Below are positions 8,825-16,780 of a stretch of 64,000 nucleotides of DNA, one piece after another. This DNA comes from an uncultured Actinomycetes bacterium (lineage in GTDB: Bacteria; Actinomycetota; Aquicultoria; Subteraquimicrobiales; CAMTWV01). Positions within the stretch are counted from its first letter, which is position 1; each line of letters opens with the position of its first letter. Below the pieces are notes generated by a model that was given only the letters and a program-made list of their open reading frames with translations, searched no databases and had not been told where the DNA came from. Both the position numbers and the translations under genes were made by a program. The stretch is taken from NCBI GenBank assembly GCA_947085535.1, contig CAMTWV010000002.1, positions 94,199 to 158,198 of the forward strand, written 5' to 3'.

Positions 8825-10090
8825 CTAACCGACTGTCTTTGCAAGTGTTTTTTCATTTACTGGCCCAATAGCTACCAGCAACATTTTTTCAGGTTTAAAT
8901 AAAAGTTTAGCTATCCTTTGCACATCTTCAAGAGTAACTTTGTCAATACGTTTAACTATTTCATCGAGACTTAAAATTTCTCCCTGTGTTAATTCAGACT
9001 TACCTAATCTTATCATTCTGTTGTGCGTGCTTTCCAAACTCAGCACCAACTGTCCTTTTAAATGTTCACGAGCTATATTTAGTTCTTTTTCAGTTACCCC
9101 GTTCTCAGCAATATTCATTAGTTCGTTTTGAGTAATCTTTAAAACTTCTTCGACTTTTGATTTTCTTGTTCCTGCGTAGACAGCAAATAATCCTGAATCT
9201 GAGTATAGCGAATGGTAAGAGTAGACGGTATAGACAAGCCCTCTTTTTTCTCTTATTTCTTGAAATAGTCTGGAGCTCATTCCCCCGCCCAAAATGACAT
9301 CAAGGATAGCCAGAGTAAATCTATCAGCATGTTTAGCTGGAACAGCAGTAGTTCCGTAGCATATGTGGACTTGCTCTGTCTCCCGTGAATTGACAAGCAA
9401 TCCTTTTTTAGGTTTGGATTCAAGTTCCTGTCTTTTGGTTGATGCTAAAGGTGAAGGAGTTTTAGTTTTCGGAAAATGTTTGTTGATTAAATTAACAATG
9501 CTTCTTGTTTCAAGATTACCAGCGGCGGCAACAAGGATGTTTTCAGGAACATAATTCTCACTAAAAAACTCAGAGATATTTTCGCGGTTAAAAGATTTAA
9601 CCGTTTCAATTCTTCCAAGAATGTTTTTGCCCAAGGGGTGATTTTGAAAAAGCGTTGACGCAAAAAGGTCATGAATTAGCTCATCTGGTGTGTCTTCATG
9701 AAGATTTATTTCTTCCAGAACAACATTTTTTTCGGACTCGATGTCTTTTTTGTTTAGAAGTGGATTCTGGAGCATGTCTGCTAATACATCAACCGCAATG
9801 GGAAGATGCTTATCGTGAAAACGAGCATAATAACAGACATACTCTTTTGAAGAAAAGGCATTAATATCTGCCCCTAAAGACTCGAAGATTTCGGAAATGT
9901 CGCGAGATGAGTATTTTTTGGTTCCCTTAAATAGCATATGCTCAATGAAGTGTGAAATTCCTTCATGTTTGTCATTTTCATCTCGCGTGCCCACTTTTAT
10001 CCAGAAACCAAGAGCTATTGATCTCATGTGAGGCATGGGTTCGCTTAATATCTTAATGCCTGAATCAGAATATGAAAAAGTGAAAGACAT
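8825..10090 (-). CDS. M16-family zinc peptidase (insulinase-like, YmxG/MlpA type)
   Basis: Inverted zinc motif HFIEHMLFKGT. 421 aa. Located after pnp as ymxG/mlpA is in Bacillus. Confidence 0.85.
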   Translation of the reverse strand: MSFTFSYSDSGIKILSEPMPHMRSIALGFWIKVGTRDENDKHEGISHFIEHMLFKGTKKYSSRDISEIFESLGADINAFSSKEYVCYYARFHDKHLPIAVDVLADMLQNPLLNKKDIESEKNVVLEEINLHEDTPDELIHDLFASTLFQNHPLGKNILGRIETVKSFNRENISEFFSENYVPENILVAAAGNLETRSIVNLINKHFPKTKTPSPLASTKRQELESKPKKGLLVNSRETEQVHICYGTTAVPAKHADRFTLAILDVILGGGMSSRLFQEIREKRGLVYTVYSYHSLYSDSGLFAVYAGTRKSKVEEVLKITQNELMNIAENGVTEKELNIAREHLKGQLVLSLESTHNRMIRLGKSELTQGEILSLDEIVKRIDKVTLEDVQRIAKLLFKPEKMLLVAIGPVNEKTLAKTVG

Positions 10091-10099
10091 AGAGGTATC

Positions 10100-12196
10100 C
10101 TAAGCTTTATTTGTATCTTCTACTAGTGCAAGGCTAGTTCGGTTTGTCTTTTTATCAAATTCAATGACTTCAACGAGAATTTTATCCCCTGCTTTAACAA
10201 CATCTTCAACAGCCCTTATCCTTTGGCGTGATAGTTTAGAGATATGAACCAACCCCTCTTTCCCGGGAAATATTTCAACGAATGCGCCAAAAGCAGTTGT
10301 TTTGGTGACCGTTCCAAGATATTTTTCACCAACCGCTGGTTCTTTTATTATGCTTTCAACAATTTGTCGAGCGCGCGCTCCATTTATTACGTTTTTAGAA
10401 GCAATATAGACGGTTCCATCGTCTTCGATATCTATGGAGACCCCGGTCTCTTCAATTATGCCTCTTATTATTTTTCCTCCTGGTCCAATTAATTCACCGA
10501 TTTTATCTTTCGCCACTTTTAAAATGTAGATTTGCGGAGCGAATTCAGAAATTTTCTCTCGAGGTGTGGCAATTGCTTCATTCATTTTTTCAAGGATAAA
10601 CAGTCGGGCTCGTTTAGCCTGCTCAAGTGCTTCTTTTAGTATCTCTTTTTTGATACCGGCTATCTTTAAATCCATTTGAAGTGCGGTCACGCCTTTAGTT
10701 GTTCCAGCAACCTTAAAATCCATATCGCCAAGAGCGTCCTCCATGCCTAAAATATCAGTTAAGATAGCATGTTTGTCGCCTTCAACTACAAGACCCATGG
10801 CAATACCACCAACATTTTCCCGAATAGGAACCCCGGCATCCATTAAAGCCATACTGCCTGCGCAGACAGAAGCCATTGAGGTTGAGCCGTTAGATTCCAG
10901 AGCTTCAGCAACCAATCTAATTGTATAGGGAAATTCAACTTCATCTGGAATGAGTGGAAGCAGAGCCCTTTCCGCCAAAGCACCGTGTCCAATTTCCCGT
11001 CTCCTTGGACCACGCAACACACCAGTATCTCCTGTTGAAAAAGGTGGGAAATTATAGTGGTGTATAAATCGCTTTGACTCTTCAGTACCAATGCTGTCGA
11101 TTCTTTGTTCATCGCTTAAAGTTCCAAGCGTTACAGTGCTTAAAACTTGAGTTTGTCCCCGAGTGAAAATTGCAGAGCCATGAGGACGTGGCAAAGGATG
11201 AATCAGACACGAAATTTGCCTGATTTCATCAGTTTTCCTGCCATCAGCTCTCTTATTTTCTTCTAAAATCATTCGCCTAATTTCTTCTTTCTGAATTTTT
11301 TCCAGCGTTTGAACAATATAGCGCTCTTTTCCTTCCAGCATGGTTGTAATTCGTTCAACCGTTTCATCTTCAACTAAAGCAAGTGTTTCTTCTCGCTCCA
11401 GTTTGTCTGGATTTTTTAAGGCTTCTCTGAGTTTATCCGTTGCATGTTCGCGCACTTTATATTCAACTTCGCCCGGGATGGTAATTATTTTGGGCTCCTT
11501 TTTTTGGGTGCCAACCTGAGTTTGGAACTTTTCCTGAAAGTTAATTAACTCTACGATGTACTTATGAGCTTCTTCAAGAGCCTGCATGGTTTCTTCTTCA
11601 GATATTTCATTTAATCCGGCTTCAACCATCAGGATTCCTTCACGGTTGCCGGCAACAGTGACATCTATGTCGCTTTGTTCTAACTCTTGAAAAGTGGGGT
11701 TGACCACCCAGCGATTATCGCACCGACCTATTCGCACAGCGCCTATTGGACCTAAAAAGGGAATATCGGAAATAGAAAGCGCAGCTGAAGCACCTATTAT
11801 AGCAAGCACATCGGGTGGGTTTACCTGGTCAACTGATAAAATACTCGCTATTACTTGAACTTCATTTCGATAACCTTTAGGAAAAGATGGGCGTATCGAC
11901 CTGTCAGTTAATCGGGCGGTTAAGATTGATTTTTCACTAGGTCGCCCTTCACGCTTAATGTAGCCGCCGGGAATTTTTCCTGCAGCATACATTTTTTCTT
12001 CTACATCAACGGTTAATGGAAAAAAATCCGTACCTTCAAGTGGTTTATCTGAAGCTGTAGCTGCTGCTAAAACTACTGTGTCTTCGCATCTGACTAAGAC
12101 ACTTCCGTTTGCCTGTCGGGCAAGTATTCCTGATTCAATAGAAATAGTCTTCCCGCCCAGCAAAATTTCTTCTTTAACAGTGTTTTTTAAATACAT
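10100..12196 (-). CDS. pnp: polynucleotide phosphorylase
   Basis: Two RNase PH domains, KH and S1 C-terminal domains. 698 aa. Follows rpsO. Confidence 0.95.
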   Translation of the reverse strand: MYLKNTVKEEILLGGKTISIESGILARQANGSVLVRCEDTVVLAAATASDKPLEGTDFFPLTVDVEEKMYAAGKIPGGYIKREGRPSEKSILTARLTDRSIRPSFPKGYRNEVQVIASILSVDQVNPPDVLAIIGASAALSISDIPFLGPIGAVRIGRCDNRWVVNPTFQELEQSDIDVTVAGNREGILMVEAGLNEISEEETMQALEEAHKYIVELINFQEKFQTQVGTQKKEPKIITIPGEVEYKVREHATDKLREALKNPDKLEREETLALVEDETVERITTMLEGKERYIVQTLEKIQKEEIRRMILEENKRADGRKTDEIRQISCLIHPLPRPHGSAIFTRGQTQVLSTVTLGTLSDEQRIDSIGTEESKRFIHHYNFPPFSTGDTGVLRGPRRREIGHGALAERALLPLIPDEVEFPYTIRLVAEALESNGSTSMASVCAGSMALMDAGVPIRENVGGIAMGLVVEGDKHAILTDILGMEDALGDMDFKVAGTTKGVTALQMDLKIAGIKKEILKEALEQAKRARLFILEKMNEAIATPREKISEFAPQIYILKVAKDKIGELIGPGGKIIRGIIEETGVSIDIEDDGTVYIASKNVINGARARQIVESIIKEPAVGEKYLGTVTKTTAFGAFVEIFPGKEGLVHISKLSRQRIRAVEDVVKAGDKILVEVIEFDKKTNRTSLALVEDTNKA

Positions 12197-12229
12197 AAAA
12201 CCTCCATTTGTTTTGCGGAAACATGTTTA

Positions 12230-12499
12230 TTATCCGCGCAAACCTAATTTTTTAATTACATCATTGTATCTTTTAGGGTCGATTTTTTTGATGTAAGCCA
12301 AAAGACTTCTTCTCTGCCCCACCATTTTAAGTAATCCGTGTCTTGAGCTATTATCTTTTTTGTGGATTTTGAAGTGGCTGGCTAATTTGTCGATTTTTTT
12401 TGTGAGAATTGCAATTTGGACTTCTGGGGAACCAGTATCAGTTGTATGCAGCTTAAAATCGTTAATAATCTTTTCTTTTTCGTCCTTAGCTAAAGACAT
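12230..12499 (-). CDS. rpsO: 30S ribosomal protein S15
   Basis: 89 aa, [17 protein letters not shown]...HLKIHKKD..SRRGLL signature. Confidence 0.95.
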   Translation of the reverse strand: MSLAKDEKEKIINDFKLHTTDTGSPEVQIAILTKKIDKLASHFKIHKKDNSSRHGLLKMVGQRRSLLAYIKKIDPKRYNDVIKKLGLRG

Positions 12500-12614
12500 T
12501 TTTTCACCTCCCCTTTTTAATCCCGCTTACCAAGAATGCGTTGGTGATTCGCGATCCCAGTGAAACGGTGAAACAGCTTGTTGCCGCTCCATTGTAAAAA
12601 ATAATGATACCATA

Positions 12615-12640
12615 GGTTGAAATTGATGTAAAATTCAACC
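12615..12640. promoter_or_regulatory. Inverted-repeat operator GGTTGAA-N12-TTCAACC upstream of the XRE gene promoter
   Basis: ggttgaaattgatgtaaaattcaacc. 7-nt perfect inverted arms. Sits in the divergent rpsO / XRE promoter region. Confidence 0.5.
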
Positions 12641-12668
12641 AAAATAGACAAGAAAAAATAGACAAGAA
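12641..12668. promoter_or_regulatory. Exact tandem direct repeat 2 x AAAATAGACAAGAA immediately upstream of a TTTACA(-35)/TATATT(-10)-like promoter of the XRE gene
   Basis: aaaatagacaagaa aaaatagacaagaa read directly. Putative -35 TTTACA at 12683-12688. Confidence 0.5.
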
Positions 12669-12752
12669 ATTTTTGCTATCTTTATTTACAAAATTGAGTT
12701 TATAAAATATATTTAAAGTCAGTAACGAAATTAAATTAAAAGGAGGATTAAA

Positions 12753-13142
12753 ATGGCAAGTATTGACGAAAAGTTGAGATTTTTATTTACCACACATTTA
12801 AGCCCTGACGGAGATGAATACACCTACGAGGAAGTTGCTCAAGGAACCGGAGGTGTAATTTCACCAAGTTATGTCTGGAATCTCCGAAATGGGAAGAAGC
12901 TGAATCCAAGCCGGTCTAAGATGGAAATACTGGCAAAATTCTTCGATGTGTCACCTTCCTACTTCTTTGATGAGGAAGACGCTCTAAAGAAAAGCTTAAG
13001 CATTGATACAAGAATCGTGAGAGCAATTGAAGACCCAGTGGTAAGAGACATTGCTTTGCGGGCAATGGACTTAAGCGACAGAAACAAAGAGTTTATTTTA
13101 GCTATGGTTGATAAAGCGAAAGAGTTAGTTGAGGAAAAATAG
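12753..13142 (+). CDS. XRE-family helix-turn-helix transcriptional regulator (ImmR/CapH/DdrO-like repressor candidate)
   Basis: HTH_3-like core YTYEEVAQGTGGVISPSYVWNLRNGKKLNPSRSKMEILAKFFDVSPSYFF plus about 50-aa C-terminal extension. SD AAAGGAGG 7 nt before ATG. Stop TAG overlaps the GTG of the next gene. Confidence 0.8.
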   Translation: MASIDEKLRFLFTTHLSPDGDEYTYEEVAQGTGGVISPSYVWNLRNGKKLNPSRSKMEILAKFFDVSPSYFFDEEDALKKSLSIDTRIVRAIEDPVVRDIALRAMDLSDRNKEFILAMVDKAKELVEEK

Positions 13143-13660
13143 TGCTCAACCAGAGCAAGCTTAGAAAAAAGGTTAATAAATTGCTAAAAGAATTGAATTT
13201 TGAAGGAAGTTTTGATTCTTTTAGGTTTGTTGAGAAACTCGGGGAGCAATTAAACTTAAAGATAAAACTCCAATCTGTTCCCATGCCGCCCGGTTTTTTT
13301 GGCTTCTGGAGTTTAATCAATGACTGTCATGTCATTCTTTATCGGGCAAATACTTCTTGGTTTCATCAGCAACAAATTATCTTCCATGAATGCGGGCATA
13401 TTTGTTTAGGCCATCATTCAGGAAGCATTGAAAAGTTTTTAAAAAGAGAAATTCTCTACTCCGAGCCCGAGGAGCAAGAAGCAGAAACTTTTGCCACACT
13501 TCTTCTATGTAATGCTATAACTCAGGGATTGACTGAGCAAGGTATTTCTCTAAGCCAATATTATAACCAAAACAGTTCTTTTTACAACGAGTGTCCCCAG
13601 GATGTAATTTCAATGCAGGATTTTATGCTTCAATTAAAAGAAGTAATGGAAATGAGGTGA
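13142..13660 (+). CDS. ImmA/IrrE-family (COG2856) HEXXH zinc metallopeptidase-domain protein
   Basis: IFHECGHICLGHH HEXXH motif followed by EAETFATLLL, matching the ImmA/IrrE E-x3-A-N-x-FA region. GTG start overlapping the upstream stop (translational coupling). Confidence 0.75.
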   Translation: MLNQSKLRKKVNKLLKELNFEGSFDSFRFVEKLGEQLNLKIKLQSVPMPPGFFGFWSLINDCHVILYRANTSWFHQQQIIFHECGHICLGHHSGSIEKFLKREILYSEPEEQEAETFATLLLCNAITQGLTEQGISLSQYYNQNSSFYNECPQDVISMQDFMLQLKEVMEMR

Positions 13661-13670
13661 GGTAACTCCC

Positions 13671-14960
13671 TTGCTTTATTACTTAGATTACCTTTTTCTT
13701 ATGCTCTTTTGGACTTGTACTTTGTATGCGCTTAAAGCTTATTATGTAAATCCACGTGATTCGAAGAATAAGCATGTTTTTTTGGTTTTTTTATTTGCTT
13801 CTATTGCTTTTACCTTTGCCGCACCCATTATTGCTCAAAAATTCAATAAGTTTTTGGGAATTAGCAGCATCAGTCGACCAATCGAGAATATCTCGAGCCT
13901 TATAGCTCTTTACTTTGGCTACCTTTTTTTTACGGATTTTGCTCCTAAAAAAAAGAAAAGAATTCCATGGCTTACTTTCTATCTTTTTTTGGTTACTGTA
14001 GCTCTAATTTCAATTTTTTCCCTGTTTTTGTCCAAACCTCAGCTTGAACCAATTTTTTTGGGTGAGGACACAAGAAATTTATCTGTTTTCATTTACAGTT
14101 TAGTTCTTCAGTCCCTTTTTCTCCCCCTTTTTGCTATTTATGCTTTAAATTTTTATAGATATGCTCGCCTGGTCAAAGAGCAAGCAACAAGAGTCAGACT
14201 TTATTCTTTATCGATAGGTTGTTTAATGGGCGCTTCGGGTCGCATTCTTGAACTCGTTTACTGGTTTGATATGCGGTATTTTGCTTATCTAAAGTTTTTC
14301 GGATTCTCTGCGGTTATTAGAATAATCAATTTATTTATGGTTTTATTTCTTTACGCTGGTTTTATAATGCCTGCTTTTTTAAGGAAAATTGTAGAGTCGT
14401 TTGGCGAACTGTTAGGATTGCGTCGAACTCGATATAATTTGATTTCCTTGCTTGCTTTAATTAACGACGCCCGTTCTTTTCTTCATTCTGATAATGAAAT
14501 GATTAATTATGTGCGGCGACTGTGCGAAAAATTTTTCTTAAGCTTAGAGGAGACAGCGCAGGCGGTAGAAAGTGCTCGGATAATTTCTGCTCTGGCTGGA
14601 AAAACAGATCAAAATTCAACTATGGAGTCTGCTCAGGTTTTTCATAGCGCTGCCAAGTATGCAGCGGCTGCCTTTGCTGAAGAAATTAAGTTTTATGACC
14701 AGGTTTATAAGAATATTTTGTATGCCAAGGAAAGGTATGACGGAAAGGATGCTATTTCTGACTTAAGTGGGGATAAATTACCAATGGGCTCACGCATTAT
14801 AAAAGTGGTTGATTGCTATTTCAATTCAAATCTTTTTCCCTTCGAAGCAGTCAAAGTTTTAAAGAAAGGTGCGAATAAAGAATTTGATCCCGAAGTAATA
14901 AAAGCTTTTATTGAAATACTCGAGGAAGAAAAAAACCTCAATCTCTTAAGATCTTCTTAG
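13671..14960 (+). CDS. 7-TM membrane protein with C-terminal degenerate (catalytically inactive) HD-GYP-like domain
   Basis: Seven hydrophobic segments in residues 1-235. The C-terminal 190 aa align by eye to the HD-GYP fold (ERYDGKDAIS ~ HHERWDGSGYP; GDKLPMGSRIIKVVDCYFN ~ GEEIPLEARILAVADVFDA; KEFDPEVIKAF ~ GTQFDPEVVEAF), but HD, HHE and GYP are replaced by LA, AKE and GKD. TTG start with SD AGGTGAGG. 3' end overlaps ribF by 23 nt on the opposite strand. Confidence 0.7.
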   Translation: MLYYLDYLFLMLFWTCTLYALKAYYVNPRDSKNKHVFLVFLFASIAFTFAAPIIAQKFNKFLGISSISRPIENISSLIALYFGYLFFTDFAPKKKKRIPWLTFYLFLVTVALISIFSLFLSKPQLEPIFLGEDTRNLSVFIYSLVLQSLFLPLFAIYALNFYRYARLVKEQATRVRLYSLSIGCLMGASGRILELVYWFDMRYFAYLKFFGFSAVIRIINLFMVLFLYAGFIMPAFLRKIVESFGELLGLRRTRYNLISLLALINDARSFLHSDNEMINYVRRLCEKFFLSLEETAQAVESARIISALAGKTDQNSTMESAQVFHSAAKYAAAAFAEEIKFYDQVYKNILYAKERYDGKDAISDLSGDKLPMGSRIIKVVDCYFNSNLFPFEAVKVLKKGANKEFDPEVIKAFIEILEEEKNLNLLRSS

Positions 14961-15864
14961 CTTTTTTAATATCTTCATGTATCTCTTCTATTAGTTGTTT
15001 CTCATCTTCAAACATTTTAATATCTCGAACTCTTTCTCTTATTTCGAGTTCAACTGGCTTTCCATATAAATTCTGGTTAAATCTAAAAATATGAGCCTCA
15101 ATGTGTCTTTTTAAGATACCAAAAGTTGGACTCTCTCCTATGTGAATAACACACGGGTTTTTTTCAGCGTTATACCAAAAAAAGCCAGCATAGACTCCTT
15201 TTTTGGGAACAGAAGCTTTATCGGGTGTTTTTATGTTAGCGGTAGGAAGTCCTAATTTTGAGTGAGCAATTCCTGTTCCTTTGATAACTTTCCCCGTAAT
15301 TCTTGGCCAGTGCCCGAGCAAACTTTTTGCTTTCTTAATATCCCCTGCTCTAATATGGTGTCTTATATTGCTGCTGCTGACCAATTCTTCCTCCAGATAC
15401 AGGAATGGTACGATTTTAGTTCCAAAACCCGTCTTTTTTTCGTAACCAATTAAGAAATCATGATCTCCTTTTGCGCCTTTTCCAAAATGAAAGTCCTCGC
15501 CTACCACTAAACTTGAGGCTTTAAGTTTTTTAAGGACTATTTCGTTAAGGAATTTTTCAGGGCTTAAGTTAGCTAACCGTTTGTTAAATTTAAGGATGAG
15601 TAAATAATCGACACCTAATTCTTCTATTAACTCTGCTTTTAAATGGGTGGCTGTCAAAATGGGGGGATGACTGCCTGGTTTAAGAACTTCGAGCGGATGA
15701 GGCTCAAAAGTAATAACAATGCTTTTGGCTCCACTTATTTTTGCAGTTTCTACCGCGGTTTTAATGATTTTTTGGTGCCCTTTATGAACACCATCAAAAA
15801 CGCCGATGGTGACAACGCTTTTTTCTATGAATGGCATGTCTTTAAGTTCTCTTATAATTTCCAT
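14938..15864 (-). CDS. ribF: bifunctional riboflavin kinase / FMN adenylyltransferase
   Basis: GVFDGVHKGHQ nucleotidyltransferase motif and C-terminal riboflavin kinase domain. 308 aa. Confidence 0.9.
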   Translation of the reverse strand: MEIIRELKDMPFIEKSVVTIGVFDGVHKGHQKIIKTAVETAKISGAKSIVITFEPHPLEVLKPGSHPPILTATHLKAELIEELGVDYLLILKFNKRLANLSPEKFLNEIVLKKLKASSLVVGEDFHFGKGAKGDHDFLIGYEKKTGFGTKIVPFLYLEEELVSSSNIRHHIRAGDIKKAKSLLGHWPRITGKVIKGTGIAHSKLGLPTANIKTPDKASVPKKGVYAGFFWYNAEKNPCVIHIGESPTFGILKRHIEAHIFRFNQNLYGKPVELEIRERVRDIKMFEDEKQLIEEIHEDIKKAKKILRD

Positions 15865-15866
15865 TT

Positions 15867-16778
15867 TTATTCGTTAAATACTCTTATGGGTTGAGCGAAA
15901 AAATGTTTTGTTTTTTTGGCAATGGCAACTAAATTCTCTTTTTCGTCGACTATTTTTAACAACTTGTTTTCAACTAACGTGGTGTGCGGTGCAATTTCAA
16001 TTATCATGTTTTCGATTAAAGCCTGCCCCTGACGGATGACTTTTGCTGCCTCATTTCCGATTTTAATGGAAGGATAAGGCAAAATCCGATTTAAGGAAAA
16101 AATGTGCTTTTTGAGTTCATTTAAATTCATTTCTTTAATTTTGTCTAAATCCATAGCTTGTTTTAAGTCAAATTCCCCTACCTTTGTTCGAGTTAACTTG
16201 CTTAAATGGCCACCACAGTCAAGTCTCTTTCCTATGTCGGCACACAGGCTTCTTATGTATGTTCCACTGGATGAGAGAACTCGAAAATCTACCCTCGGGT
16301 ACTCGCCATTCTCTATGTTTATTAATTCTAATTCATGAATCGTTACTTCTCTCTCAGGTATTGTAATCGTTGTTGCAATGCCTTTTCGTGCCAGTTTATA
16401 AAGGGGTGTTCCGTTTATTTTTATAGCGGAAACAAGAGGTGGTGTTTGTTTAATTTTCCCTCTAAATTCATCAAAAACGGTTGAAATTTTCTCGGTGGTT
16501 ATGCTTACAGGTTTTTGGGTAAGAATTTTTCCCCATTTATCCAGGGTATCAGTGGTTATTCCTAATGTTAATTGAGCAAGATATTCTTTATTCTGATTTT
16601 GCAGAAAAGGGGTAAGTTTTGTGGCTTCTCCAAGACATAAAACTAAAATTCCTGTTGCCATCGGATCTAAAGTGCCGGTATGACCTACTTTCTTAAGTTT
16701 AAATAGCTTTTTCACAATTAAAACTGCATCATGCGAAGTTATTCCGGCTGGTTTATTGATAATTAATACACCATTCAT
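15867..16778 (-). CDS. truB: tRNA pseudouridine(55) synthase
   Basis: GVLIINKPAGITSHD...KVGHTGTLDPMATG catalytic Asp motif, PUA C-terminus. Confidence 0.9.
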   Translation of the reverse strand: MNGVLIINKPAGITSHDAVLIVKKLFKLKKVGHTGTLDPMATGILVLCLGEATKLTPFLQNQNKEYLAQLTLGITTDTLDKWGKILTQKPVSITTEKISTVFDEFRGKIKQTPPLVSAIKINGTPLYKLARKGIATTITIPEREVTIHELELINIENGEYPRVDFRVLSSSGTYIRSLCADIGKRLDCGGHLSKLTRTKVGEFDLKQAMDLDKIKEMNLNELKKHIFSLNRILPYPSIKIGNEAAKVIRQGQALIENMIIEIAPHTTLVENKLLKIVDEKENLVAIAKKTKHFFAQPIRVFNE

Positions 16779-16780
16779 AT

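Noticed and set aside
13102-13320. 72-aa minus-strand ORF inside the XRE/ImmA genes
   Set aside because: Antisense to two genes with clear domain signatures. No SD.
12753-14960. Prophage / integrative element carrying the XRE-ImmA pair
   Set aside because: No integrase, excisionase, att-like direct repeats, tRNA or phage structural genes within or adjacent to the cassette. Only three genes, so not a prophage; treated instead as a stand-alone regulatory and effector module.
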